The position numbers were made by a program, and so were the translations under genes. The notes under the pieces were generated by a model, which did not search any database, was not told the DNA's origin, and saw only the letters and a list, made by a program, of their open reading frames with translations. From NCBI GenBank assembly GCA_004764695.1, contig SMSO01000025.1, positions 3,720,001-3,784,000 on the forward strand: a stretch of 64,000 nt of DNA, in the 5' to 3' direction. The stretch comes from Schizochytrium sp. TIO01 (lineage: Eukaryota > Protista > Bigyra: Labyrinthulomycetes). Below, piece by piece: positions 36,533 to 50,129 of the stretch; positions within the stretch are counted from its first letter, which is position 1; each line of letters opens with the position of its first letter.

Positions 36533-39500
36533 AAGAAAGTTTGTTTAAGCGAATCCCGGAAAAGCTCTGGTCTTTTCTGGGTACTACCAAGAGTTCGTCT
36601 GCCTAGTAGCGTGGCTATTGTTTACCCTAGTCCTTGTAGGCTCTTCCTACGCCGACTCGTATCGATTGGTTGTCCTCGTTCGGTAAGCTTTCCTTCCTTT
36701 TGTCTCTTCTGCCTTCGCGTCTCTGTATTTCATTAGCGGTTCGAGAAAGAAACCATTTCAGAGAGAAAGAAAGTACAATCCACGTCGACATCATCCAATT
36801 GTTCTTTTTCAATTACTATTTTATAACTGAGTCGATGATCTCTAGAGGGGCTATGCTTAATCATCAGGTAGGAGAAAACTTCCAATATCACTCATAAAAT
36901 AAGTAGGTACCCACCTCTGCTAGGCAGCAGATACAAAGCTGCGCTGATTTGCTGGTTTTTAAAGGAACATTCGACTGTTTGAAAGGCGGCGGAGTAAGCG
37001 TAGAAGGAGCTATCTTTTAAAGAGACACTAGCTGGGGATTCCAGACAAGTGGAAATAGCCAAATCGAAAAGAGCCAAGGAACTCGTAGAGCGTTCATTCG
37101 TTTATCTGCTGGTGTTTCGCACCTTGGTAATCAATCAGCCTTGGATTGAATTCCAACGCCTGATTTTGATAGAAGAACAGCGATCAGAGGTGTCACTAAT
37201 GCTGCAGATGTGCAGAATAGAAAGTTAATGTATCTGTTTCGAAGAAAATTGTACATATCAACTTCTACGGGTGTCTATAACTTTTACTAAGAGGCCAGGT
37301 GTGGGGGAGGGAGTGAACCGACATGTATGCGAGAAGGAGCAAAATGGACCCGTCTACCCACAGATGACGATATATACCTAATCTCTAATATTAGTATTAG
37401 AGGCTTTTTGTTGTTGAAAAATGTGAAAATTTTTGTTGTTAATGGATAAAAACTTCTTATGCCAAGTCCTCTTATTCTTCCTGCAATAGGGGATCATATA
37501 CTCAAAGATATGCTCAAAAATATAAAAATCATAATAGAAGATGTATAATATATATATTATATGACAGAAACAAAAGGAGCAGCATGTCTATGCGACTATC
37601 AGCTTCATGGTTCTATTGAATTCCCATTTTGGCCTGGCCTTGACTAATTTTTATTGAAGCGAATTAGTAGCTAAGAGATCTTCTTTGACTGTGATTTCAT
37701 TTTATTTGAATATTTAATTTAAAATTAATATATATATTTTTAAGTAAAAGAAGAAAGTGGTAGAACATTTTCCATGAACCGGTGCGTACTTACCTAAGTA
37801 GTTATTTGGGATGGGGGCTATCAGGGGATTGATTTCGTCTTTAGGAGTGCTATCCTTGAAAGCGCCCAGTCCGTTTGTATTGCTATCACGCACCGTTGCA
37901 GGAAGTCACACAGAGAAACTCGCCAAGTGCACCCAGGCGTCGCCGAAGCGAAGCAGAGTATCTGCAGCTGAGTGACTTTCATTTACTGTGTATCTGCAAC
38001 AACAAAGGTGTCGTATCATTTGCAAGACCAGAAGAAACCTGGCGCTTTGAAGGGCAGACATGGTCCTCGTACCTTGGTGCTTCAGGAAATCTTGAATCAA
38101 GTCGATGTCCTGTCTAAGCTGATAATCTGCAGGCACCTTCTGCTCTCCATTGCAAGTTTTCTGTGCTAGCTAGTAGCGAGGTTTCGTGTCAAGTAACTTC
38201 GCAGAAGAAAGAAAGCTCACTTGGTTATTGCTTTATCATTCATTACCAAGGACCGCTCCACCCGCGTGAAAACCTGCGATCCTCCAACGTTCCTCTGTCC
38301 GAACACCAAAGATCTCGCGTTGGTCGGAGATGCATTCAGGACGGAATCGACGGCGAAGGTTCAATTCAAAACACGCGAAGACTCAGCTTTCCGTTTCTGC
38401 GAGGTGGGTGAGCGTCTGCATCGGCGAGCTCAAATCTCCACCCTTATTTGCACAGCAGCTCCAAACCGCCACCGCCATGCACCTCGAGACCACCCGCATT
38501 TTATCACCAAAGCCTGTCACTCGTGGCGTCTTCGGGTTCGTACGACGCCATCGCCGCTGCAGTTTGCGCTCTCTCAGCATGCACATGCATGTCAAGGCGG
38601 CCAAGAGCGCAAAGTGGACTCTGCCACAGGCGGCGCCACAAATGCCCTGAATTGTCACGCGCTGACCTAAGCTCAAGCAAGCGCGACCGAAGCAAAAGGC
38701 GAGAAAGGAAGAGAGCGGGAAACTAAACAAAAGAGAACGCGTGGGGTGTACCTCCCTTTCGTCACGGTCGCTGCTCCGGCCGCGAGACCGGCCCTATTGC
38801 CGCAGAACCTCGCGAGGTGGTTGGCGATGGATGGAGGCAAGCTGCTCAGGCTGCCGGTTTCTCCGCTTCTGCTCGTGACAGTGGTCGCACACAGCATTAG
38901 CTGAAGGCGCGTTTTCTGCTGAAGATATGCAGACACGCGGAAGAGATGCGATCGGTATCGTTATCTATCCATCCTCAAAGTCTCGTCAGCTGACGAAAAT
39001 CTTGCCACAAGCAAGAACGAGCGCGTACAGACAGAGCAGGCAGACGGACCGTGGGCTTTGATTTGACTTCGCGCGTGCTTAGAAGGCAGCAGCAGAAGTT
39101 GTGCATTTATCTCCGCCAAAGCAAAGATTTCCGGCGGTTTGGAAGGCGTGGTCCAAAAGTCGGCAGCACCTCAGGCCGGCGCGTGCACAGAACGAGATAT
39201 CTACTGTGGCGGAGCGTTTCAAGAGTCGGCGTACGCGCATCGCAAGGCTGCCAATGGATTGATTGGTTGGTTGATTGATTGGTTGCTTGGCTGCTTGATT
39301 ATGCATGCCTGACCGAGATGGATGACTCCGAGTCGAGGAAATGGTGGAGAGAGCGAAAGGGCAGTCAGTGCGGAGGCAACAAGGATCCAAGATCACCTGA
39401 GCATCTGCGAGAGAGGGAGGATTCGTTTGATTGTTTTTGCGAAGGAAAAACACTTCTGCAGGAGGATTGATTTGAGGTTCAAGCTCAAGTTCAAGAGGAC

Positions 39501-42500
39501 GCCAGTGCGTTCTCTTCTCCATCGATGCGCTAGAATTTCTGAACCCTTGGCACGGTTCACTTGAACGAAGAAGGTAGGTATCAAATCACTTCCTTCCTGA
39601 TAGACTATTATATAAATGTGGCTGCTATCATATATATATATATATAATTTATTTCAAGTTTTGATTTTTTAAAAAATCAAATGAACATAAAACGTTACCC
39701 GCCTCGGAGTCTATTTTTGGTTGAAAGAAAAGAAGTGAACGATCGCTTTCGAGCTTTTCAGCGTTTTAGACTATGAGCTGCTACTGCCACTATTAGTACT
39801 CCTCCATGATAGCAAATGAAACAAGCAAAGTTTCCACCCACTCATTATGCAGCTCGAATGGCAAGCTGCATAGAAGTGCGTAGGTAGTGCGTAGGGCTCA
39901 GCCAAGACGCGTTTTCTAGTCCACTTTGAACGGTACCAGCAAACTCTATTACTCGTAGGCGAATTAAGTGGTGCTGTAACGCCGCCGAGGCAGAGAACGC
40001 TTTCTTCTTCTTCTTCTGTGGTTCATTCGCGCGGCCTTCTAAACTGCTCGAAATGACTTGGAATGACTTGGAATGAAATGGCGCCTGTGAACGCGAACTT
40101 GAGAGTTGAAAGGGAAAGAGTTGTCCCACGTTCGCTTTTTAATTTTCAAAAATTTAAAAACAATAAACATAAAAGCAAGAAACAAAATTACAAAATTACA
40201 AAATTACGAATACGAATGTGTCTATGTATGTATGTATGTAAAAAACTAGTGAAAACTAAAAACCAAAACGAGTCTTCTTCTTTCTCCTTTCAAGTTCTGC
40301 CTCTGCAAATGTCCAATGAGCCTTTAAAACAAAATAAAACCGGAGTCGTAAGCGCAATTCGAAACTTGAAGGCGCCCATAACGCAGGAGGGCCCCGCCTT
40401 GAAAGAAATAGCTCTTGCTCGGTGCATGGATGACAGACAGACAGACTTCGCTCGAAACAGCCGCGTCATAGAGGCGGAGCGCCGCACAGAGATCCTTGAG
40501 CACAAGTTCTTGAAAGAGGAGCGTCCCCGACAAAAGCACGCAGGCCTTGCGTCCTTTTCTTTTTCACTGCTGCTGCTGCTGCTGCTGCTGTGTACCTGCG
40601 TTCCCCGTTCTCCTGAGGTTCTTGGCGTTGGCCAGCTCCATGGCATATCACATTCGAAGCTTCACGAGGAGAAGAACGAGAGAGGCCGAAGCGTTCTTTG
40701 CGAAGGTGCGTCACTCCCGCGGATGGAACGCGGTGAGTGATGATAGAGACGGCCATCATCGCGAAAACGGGGTCCAAGTTGAGACCGCCTTTTCCACATC
40801 GCGGCGCATACTCTGCGAAGATAGAGGATGAGAAGAGAACGCGGATCTTCTTTGAAGCGAAAGAGCAAAGTGAAAGTTACTCCACTACTAACTAATTAAA
40901 TAGCTAGCTAACTGGCTAACTCCAGAGAGGGACGAGGCGTCCAGCGTAAGAATCTCGCGGCGAACTTGAAAGACGGACTCCGTGTGAGTTGGCGGTTTGT
41001 CACCGCAGAAGAGCGAGAAAAGGCGGCTCTGTGCTGGAGCAGACTGCGAGCAAGGGAAGGGACCTGGAGCTCGTGCTTATTATTATTGGGGTGAATGGGC
41101 GACTGCCGTGAGAAGGAACACGGTGGGCTTTCGCTGCAAAGCCTTTGAAGTGCCGCGGGGCAGTTCTTGACTTTTACTCTTTGTGACGTGTTTCTATGGG
41201 CTTTTTGAATGTGGAATAGGTTCTCTACAATACAGGGATTATATATATTCTTAAAAAAATCTTTTTAGTATTTTTATTACTGTTTTTTCTTTACAAAAAT
41301 ACTTAGTATTAAAATCACACCCTTACAGACAAAACACTTATTTAAAAAAAAAAAAGAAAAAAAAAAGAAAAAAAAAAAAGAGAGAATGTATATTAGCCAA
41401 AGTTATCCGAGAACTCCTTATTCTACAGAAAATGACAAAGAAGCGTTGGAGGAGAAGTAGAGGAGACACTATCTTTTTTCCTTCTATTTTTAATTGCCTC
41501 GAGTCTTTTCTTTCCTTTTCTTTTCTGTACCTCGGAACTGCACAATCATGCGTTTTGTTAGCGATAAAAATATTTTATTTTTTTCAACACCAAAGAAAAA
41601 GTATAATTCCTAAGGCAACCCCTCAAGTCATGCAAACGCGCCTACGACCGCTTGGTTACCTAGGGTCAGAGTACACGTTTTTTAGTGGCACGCGTCTGAA
41701 ACGACTCAAACGAAAGGATGTTCGAAAACATGCGACCAACCAGCCCACCACTACTAAGACCTCCTAGGCGGCGATATGGTTTTGCTTCTTCATGAAATAG
41801 CATTTCAATTGAAAAGACAAGCGAAGTCTGGGAATGGGTAAAGGAATCAGCGATATTGGTGAATAGGTAAAAATTGATGTGAGCCTTTCTCAAAAAACTC
41901 TTGATGGGGAAATCAAAGATCATCGTACGATTCCACCTCAAAAATTAGGGGAAACAAAAGCGAATGATTTTGAGTGGGGATCAGTTGAGGGTGCACCTGC
42001 CCTAAATATTTTCGAAGAATCGCCATTTGTTTGAACTTTCTTAGCGAAAGCAGAGTCCTTCAAAGCAATGATGAGGGTAATAGCATGGCAAAAGATGCAA
42101 GCTCGGCTAGGAACGCTTGCTTCGGCCCTCAAAACACTGCAATCATCAAGCACAAGAACGCTTTGCATGCCGCCATCCGGGAAACTAATCGATGGCTAAA
42201 ACAGATGCATGAGCTTTCCACCGTGAAAGAAAATAAGTCCCTAAACAAACGAAGCCTAACTCTGAAGCTATAAAGATCGAACGAGAGCCTCGCCAAGAAA
42301 GGTTCATTTAGAGCTTTTTGGATGGAATCCGGATTCTCGAATTTATAATGGGATCAGCTGGTGAATTGGGATATCTCCTTATAAAGACTTACTCTCAGCA
42401 CCCGAGAACGCCTTCACCAGGTCAGCCATAATACTCATGGTAGTGGTAGCTTAGGTAGCAGTAGAAGTACTCATGACGTCACCTTATTAATTCTCCTCTT

Positions 42501-43846
42501 TCTCTTTTCCATGGCTTTTGTTCATTCATTGCCTTCATTTTCATTTTGATAATTTTGTGTACTTGTGCGCATTAGAAGCTCTCTTTTGCCTTTGCTTTGG
42601 TGCGGAGGGATGATCGACTACCTTCTCTTGATTTTCCAAGTTTTAACGACGATGCAAACTTTCATCGGAGAGCTCCTTTAATGGTTTTCCTTTTTGCATT
42701 TTTTCAATATTTCAATTAATTTTAATTCTAAATCAAATAAAACCAAAACAATAAGTTTTAATTCTAATTTCTTTCTGTTAATATATACATATACGTAAAT
42801 GTATATATAGAAAGAGCAATAAATATATACCGTCAAGTCCCCTTTTTACTCTCCCTGCTGCGAGGAAGAAGAAACCCGCGTGTCCAAAACCGAGATCGTC
42901 TCTGGTTCTCAGGAAGCAGAAAGAACGAGAACGCCGCAGGCTCTTGAGCAGCAGCTGTGAGCAGTAAACAGTGAAAAGGTAAACAGTAATCAAAGAAGAG
43001 GCATGGATGTGGCTCAAGCTCGAACTCCTGACGACCAATCGATCCCTCGCTGCTAGATAGCAAAGAAGCAATATAAAATCCTGCGGCTCGCGTGAAGATA
43101 CGCTTGGCTGGCTGGGAGAAAAGTCGAGATCTGGGATGGCGGCGGGCGATGGAGATGATGGGTGATGTATGTCATGCGAGCTTGATGACGCTTACCTGGA
43201 GCGGTTCGAAGCGTGACATTTGAACTGCCTGGACTGTGCAGAATCTGCGGATTCTCTCGTGCATTTCGAAGCCCGCCCTGATTGCGATGGAAGAGAGAGA
43301 ACCCAGAGGTGAAAAGGATAGACTTTGGATTACATTTGGAGGAATCTCTCAAGAGCCAATGGCCTTGGAGCAAGCGAAGGGCCAGACAGACAGCTCTAGA
43401 GGCAGACAGAGACACAGACAGAACAGGCGGGCGGGCGCCAAGGCTGTACAGATGTTGAACAGCAGAAGAACGATAGTGGATTCGTGCGGCGACAAGTTCA
43501 TTTGCTCAAAGATATGCAGAGAAGGTATTACGTGTATCAATCTTCCTCCTTTTTCCTTTTTGATCCTTCAACTTTTTTACTTCTTCTTTTTAATTAGTTT
43601 AATTAGTTTAATTTTTAAAATAAATAGGAATATAGTTATAGAAAGGATTAAATAAGTACGAAAGATACGTGTATACAATAGATCTCTTGGAATTTTGATT
43701 GGGGAATCAAGAGTGCAAAGAATCAAACCTGCCACCCGCGGGTTGCTCCCCGGGGAGAAGGAAAGATACTGTTCCTCGAGAAAGACGATCGATCCGCGGA
43801 CACATCGATGGTCGAAGCGACGCAACGGCGATGATTACGACGATGT

Positions 43847-43894
43847 TGATTGATTGATCGATTCATTCATTCATTCATTCATTCATTCATTCAT
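43847..43894 (+). repeat. (GATT)n-(ATTC)n microsatellite
   Basis: Read directly. Confidence 0.9.
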
Positions 43895-44246
43895 TGAATA
43901 GATCTGTACCTGTATCACGAGAGTGAAGAAGCTGAGGCACGCGCGGCGCTTGAAGTTGCTGCTGCTGCTTCTTTGCCATCCTTCAATGGTGTCTTGAAAA
44001 TCGTTCATTTTATTAGTTTCTTTGTTTGTTTGTCTGTTTCTTTGTCTGTTTCTTTGTTTCTTTGTTTCTTTCTTTGTTTGTTTCTTTTCGGGGGGCGTTT
44101 GGGATTTTCAAAAGCAGGCTCTCTTGTCCTGCCAAACGCAGGCGGCCTTTTCGCCCTTTGTTTCGCTGGTTCGAGTCTGATTCTTTTGTGCTTGGGTTGA
44201 ATGTTGAGTTCGAGGGGAAAGAGGGAGGGAGAAGAAGCGGGTGCAG

Positions 44247-44278
44247 GAAGAAGAAGAAGAAGAAGAAGAAGAAGAAGA
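44247..44278 (+). repeat. (GAA)10 microsatellite
   Basis: Read directly. Confidence 0.95.
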
Positions 44279-44415
44279 CAGCCAGCCAGCCAGGCCTCCG
44301 AGTGTTTTACAAATTGGCAAAAGGAGCACTCGCCTGGCAGCCGACTACTTTCAAGTGCTGCCGTCGAGGCCCCAAAGAGCTCGAGGGTTTCTTGAAAGAG
44401 ATCAGAGACCTTGGA

Positions 44416-44452
<37 letters not shown>

Positions 44453-46880
44453 AAGGCGAGGGCCCACCCACGCCGACCTGTGATAGGGCAGAGTGGAGAA
44501 TGAAGGATGTTATCTGGATATCAATTCGATTGGTGCTGTTGGTGGTGCTGTTGGTGCTGCCGTTATTGTTATTATCGCTCTGCGGGAAACAAGGTGAAGT
44601 GGCGCCGCACCGCGAAACAAAGAAAGATCCTGCTTCTCCGAAACGCGGGCCGAGTTTAGGGCAGAGGCGCTTTGAAGAGTTGAATTATCGAGCAGGAATC
44701 GACTGAGTTTTAGCTGAGCTGAGGAACAGCTGGGCGAGTGAGCGCCGCCGAAGAACGAAGGAAACGGGGTGGAGTGAGCTGGCGAGCGAGAGGTCCCGGT
44801 TTGCAGAACTGTGAACGAGGAGTGCGGAAAGAAGAAACGCGCAGTGCTTGGTTTCTCTATTTTTTGGTCCCCACTTATTTATTGCCTCGCCGGAAAGAAC
44901 TCAATGGCCGACCCACAGTCAGAACTGGGCCGCTTTGCGTGGCGGGGAGACTGTGGGATTAGAAAGGGCTGCGGGGTCAACTTTAGCCCACAGCGAGGCG
45001 GCGAGAGGCATCGCCGTCACGAGAGGGAGAGGAATCGTTTTGCTTTTGGTGGCACGGAGGGCCAATGAGCCGAGGCAGAACGAGCTTGCGTGGAATTCTT
45101 GCTCTCCAGGCTCAATCCTTTGCGGAAGGCTGAAGCCTGAGGGTATTAATTTTTTGTGTTCGAATCCACGAATTTAATCACAGGTCGGAAAGCTATGATG
45201 AAGGCTTGATTATATCATCTCTGAGCTGCCCAACGAGGTTCTTGACGGTTTGGGCTTAGCATTAGCGAGAGACCAAAGGCCATCAATGAAGAGACGTAGA
45301 CCCTCGAAACTAGCTTGGAAGACCAAAATGTTAACATTTACAGCAGCTCCGCAAACACTGAGTCAAAGTAACAATCAACTTCACCAAAAACAATATCTTG
45401 CGTACCAATAATGGTGACAATGTCGGGAATTGGATGTGCTTTTGCCATCATATCCAGTTCTTGCAATTGAGCAAAATCAGATGAAGAAAGTAACCCGCTA
45501 CCCTCTGTGTCATGTCGAGTAGCTTCGTGTCCACATTTTACAATTTGGAGTTTTCCCTGTTTTGTTTGTTTGTTACTTGAATTGTGCTCTGTTCCTAAGG
45601 AGGGTTGAAAGTTGGCTGGTAAATTTTGCCCTCCACTACGTCTTTATTACTTTGTCACTTTCACTCATGCAAGCAAAGGCAATGCAACCTTTCATTTAAA
45701 AGCGCATGATTTATAGTTAGTGCGTTACACGCGCACGAGAGATCGATGATGATTTACATGGATCAATAATTCTTTCACTTTAAGAGTAAATGGATAAAGT
45801 CCCTGTTCTTAGAGGAACAAACCTTGAACCTTAAGGTGGGTACCTCGCCTGCGGTACGTTTCTTCACTCATCTTGAGCGAAGAAAAGAAAACCAGACTGC
45901 TAAGGAAACACCCCTGTGCGTTCAAGAAAGTACTGTTCTTTGCAACGTTTTCAGCGTTGTGAAGGAGGTACGATCAAAACCCACACACGAACGATTCAAG
46001 ATGTGCATGGTGTAATGGGTTTCGTGTGACGTTACAAATGCGCGAGGATTTTCTTGTGTCAAGTCAATCAATGAGGGACTTCACCAGCACCTCGTAACTA
46101 ACTCAAATTGAACACCTGCTTGGCGATGCAGCTACTCTCTTAGCACATTTTGCAAGAAACTTGCCGATTGAAAAAGGCATTATTGAGCCGCTCAAATGAA
46201 ATTGCAAACTAAGAACTCGCGCTCCAACGTTCCATCTCCTAGATCCCCATCCGATTTTATTCATGCCTATTGCTCGGTGTGAACTTTCATCAATACCTCG
46301 CATGTCCGCGTTACGCAGAAGCAGGCGAAAATCTGCTGTCGAGTTTTGCTTAACCAGCACTAAAAGAACCTTTGGCTTGTCAAACTCTAATGAGTATGGC
46401 AAACGCGCGGAGTTTGTTATCTAAGTGTCCTGACGCAACATGGGGTTGGAGCAGGCAGAACTGGGCCATATCAGTTCAAAGGGCTTTGAGGAAAGGGCTA
46501 CGAAAATTGAAATTGTAGCTAGCAGTGTAGCGAAATCACAACGATCAAATCGTTGCCACGGAAAAAAAGAGAGACCATGCTCTAAGATGAAATTGAAAAT
46601 TGAGTAGCATTGCCTTTAATTCTATGAAAAATGCACTCAGACACCTGTTCGAATGATTAAATTAATTGTTGGTTTAATCTTTTGAGACGGATGGGACTGC
46701 GTAAGTTAGGCTAAATAACATCAAGGCCCGTCCTCAGCAAGGGTAGCAGGCACATGGACATTAAGCATCGGTAACATCGATGATGTACATCAACTAGTTT
46801 ACAATTGTGATCTCAGATCCGCCTGTGTACATTGGACATGGGTTTTGTAACTGCATCGAAAGGATGCAACATATTTTAGA

Positions 46881-48410
46881 TTAAGGATTGGGATTATTGC
46901 CATTGCTATTATTATTGTTGATATTCTTTGGCGCGGTGACATCAACCAGGTCATCCAGAAGCCTCTGTTGTTCAAATAGAATATGGTGATTATGATCCAA
47001 AGATGCCAATAACGTGAGGATCTCCGGCTGCAGCTCACGCTGCCAATACGGAATGCTTGGGTCGTTTAAGAAAGTTGAAGATGGTGTCTTGAGACGATTC
47101 GTATCCATCTCATCACTACTACAATCATTATCAGATGCATTGGAGTCCTCTGAAGCGCCACCTCCGCCACCTTGCTTCCCTCGAGTAGGACTAACATCAA
47201 AGTCCATAGTTTGACTTCCAGCGGACCCTCGACGCGTTGAAGAGCCTCGGCGAGCTTTTAAGTTTTTAGCAGACCTCTTTTTGCTACGATGCTTGCGTTG
47301 TTTCGTCAAAGCAGCATTAAATTTTGCACTTTGCCCGCCGGATTCAGCATCTAACATTTCCTGCTGACGAAGCTTACGCTGACGTTTACGTTCATTAGCT
47401 CGCTCTAAGGAATTGACAATGACAGCAATCATCAAGTTCAAGACGATGAAAGTCTCCAAGACAATAAAGAGCGACATAAGAATCATCAACTGAGGTGCAC
47501 CCGCTGGATCCTTCTCGTATATTGTCAAATAATAATCTGACCAATCGTCTAGCGTAATGAGCTGAAAGAGTGAAAACATTGCTGTCCACAAATTGTTAAA
47601 GCGATCGGGGAACATATCTTGATATAGTGTCACAAATATAATCGCAAAAATGTACAACAAAAGCATGAGCAGCAAAATAATGGAACCCATTGCAGGGATC
47701 GATCGGAAGAGGGTAGAGATGATAAGTTGTAAATTCTGTAGAAAACTGATGGCTCGTAATGCGCGCATTGCTCGCAATGCCTTGAAAACCCGAAAGAGAC
47801 GAAAAATGGACGGCGATAAACTCGAGGAGTCATTCAATACTGTATACATTGCGGTTTCTACAATACTAATTGATACAATAAAAGCATCAAAAATGTTCCA
47901 GCCAGAGTCAAGAAACTTTTCTTGCTGAGCGTAAAGCTTCAGACTGAGTTCTAAGATGTAAATGCCCATCAGAATCTTATCGAAAACATCGAACCAGTAC
48001 ATGGCTGCGAGCATAGTTGACTCTACATTTTGTAAGGTGATGAGTACACTGTTAAGGAAAATAGCACCAAGGATAAAGTTCGAAAACCCCGAACTTTTCA
48101 CGATACGGTTGATATAGATACGGAAAGGGCTCCACCTTCGTTTTCCTCGGGGTTTCCGTCGCTTCGCACAACACAGTTGTCGAATTTTGGGAGGAATCGC
48201 ACGCCTAGAAATCCTTTTAATGATGTTCTCCTCCTCCTCCTCATTTTCTACCTTCGCAATTCTTAGCATCCCATGGCGGTCTTTATCAATAGTTGGCCTC
48301 TCATTTAAAGACGCAACATTTGTGACAGGAGACATATAATTGTCTTGTGAAGAGAAGTCCCTGTTGGCCATAGGGGTGGGCATCACTGTGCTAGAGCGAC
48401 CGAACACCAT
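46881..48410 (-). CDS. Single-domain 6-TM voltage-gated cation channel, CatSper alpha-like (predicted Ca2+-selective), 509 aa
   Basis: S1 FSNFILGAIFLNSVLI, S2 IYILELSLKLY, S3 GWNIFDAFIV, S4 FRLFRVFKALRAMRALRAI, pore FSLFQLITLDDWSD, S6 LNLMIAVIVNSL, followed by a coiled-coil. Confidence 0.92.
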   Translation of the reverse strand: MVFGRSSTVMPTPMANRDFSSQDNYMSPVTNVASLNERPTIDKDRHGMLRIAKVENEEEEENIIKRISRRAIPPKIRQLCCAKRRKPRGKRRWSPFRIYINRIVKSSGFSNFILGAIFLNSVLITLQNVESTMLAAMYWFDVFDKILMGIYILELSLKLYAQQEKFLDSGWNIFDAFIVSISIVETAMYTVLNDSSSLSPSIFRLFRVFKALRAMRALRAISFLQNLQLIISTLFRSIPAMGSIILLLMLLLYIFAIIFVTLYQDMFPDRFNNLWTAMFSLFQLITLDDWSDYYLTIYEKDPAGAPQLMILMSLFIVLETFIVLNLMIAVIVNSLERANERKRQRKLRQQEMLDAESGGQSAKFNAALTKQRKHRSKKRSAKNLKARRGSSTRRGSAGSQTMDFDVSPTRGKQGGGGGASEDSNASDNDCSSDEMDTNRLKTPSSTFLNDPSIPYWQRELQPEILTLLASLDHNHHILFEQQRLLDDLVDVTAPKNINNNNSNGNNPNP

Positions 48411-50129
48411 CTTTATTTATTAAATGCCTTGGAAGGCTGTGTTTTTGTTAGATATGACGATAAGCCTGTGAGTGAATTATATTGGAGTCTTAGACACCAA
48501 GGCATCCACAGGCATGAAACAAGTTGTTGTTTTGTGAACTTCGACAGCTCAATGTACCGGTTCAAGCCAAGATTGCAACAAACTAAATATTTTTTGCAAG
48601 GCCTAGATATTTGCTCTCTCCTTCTCCTCAGGCCTCCTCAGCTCAATCCCGCCACACAGTTCTATCCTTCGTGCATGCAGTGCGGCTCAAACCTCCTTTG
48701 CCGCAGGATCAGCAACTGGGCAAAGTAATTGAATTATTGATTGAACAGGGCCAAGCCCACTCGCTATAAGTTCCCGCTACCTTGCTTGTGCTAACTTCAG
48801 CACAGCTCTTCAACACCCAAAACTTTCGAAAAAGACAAACCAAAAGGTCAAAACTAGGCACAGCAGAGTGTAGAGCTGTCCTCGAGCGCGAGATCAACAG
48901 ACTGCTCGCTCGCCTGGAGGAACAGGAGCCAAACCTGGTCCACAGTGGCTCCCTAAAACTTTTGTTTGCCAGGCGAGCCTAAGAGAATAGATGAATGTAC
49001 CTAAACCGCAGACGCCCAGCCCCCACCTAAGTTTCATCTACAAGTTACCGAGCGCTCGCTAGCTACAGTTCAATTCCAAGTCCTCTGCTTAACTTAACTA
49101 GCCGTTGCAACTCATCTTGCGTTCCGCTCAGAATGTCCATCGACCGACTGTATAATGCTCGCTCGAGTGCGTTCATGCATTCGCATCCCGTCATAGTTCT
49201 TAGTGAGGTGCTACATAACACTACTTACCTCCTAGTAATAGCAGTATTATGGCGAGAGAAATGAATATGCTGTAAAGAAGGGAAAGAGGAAAAGAAAGAA
49301 AAAGCTCGTGGACGAGAATCTCGACTACCAAAGCTCAAGATCGAAGCGACGATAATCCTAGAGGCTGACTCCTGGGGAAGGTGTTGGATTTCCTATAGGC
49401 GTTATTGTCTCTATTTTGTGGAAACTTGCCACGAGCTCAAGTTGGACTTGCAGCTGGAATTTAGCATTGCTCGCATCACCTTTTTTTGGTACGCACGTCC
49501 ACTCTTTGCTGCAGTGCAAGCAAGCAAGACGCACAGGCACAGGAAAGGCGTGCCGAAAGCTCGAGTGAACAACAGTAGCAAGGACCAACCGAGCAAAAAA
49601 AGGTGAATCTGACTCTTAAAACAGGTTAGCGCCGAGTGGCTTTTTTTGACCTGGATCGGGAATTTCATTTTCGCCACCTGTATCTGCTTGAACTTTCACT
49701 TCTTTTTGAGTCGAAAATTCTGGGGAAGACCTCCATCAAAGACTCAAGTTTTCCAGTAAGGTTTCTTTGAATATTGGTGAGGAGAATAGTATCAGATTCT
49801 TTGAGCAGGCAAAATTTCACTCCTTTTCCTCGCAGATTTTCCTATACTTAATTTGCCAAATCTGTTCTGCCAGGAAGCAATACGCTAACCACTAAAAGTC
49901 CTTGAGCCTAGCTGTGCAAGCTGAGCTAGTGTGACTGCCTCCCTCCATATCATTCTCAACATCGACAAGTGGGAGGCAAGTCAGCGCTAGCTTAAGTTCT
50001 CACTCCAAAACTTGTTGTCCTTATCTCGAGGACAAATTCAAGCAAAAGATATCCAGCCTTTAGGTAAAATATAGAGGTGGACTACGGATTTGATTTTCGG
50101 AAAACATTCCTGATTTTGTTTAAGCCCTG

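Noticed and set aside
45100-45175. GTTCGAATCC resembling a tRNA T-loop
   Set aside because: The T-stem does not pair properly, and there is no D-arm, anticodon arm or acceptor stem.
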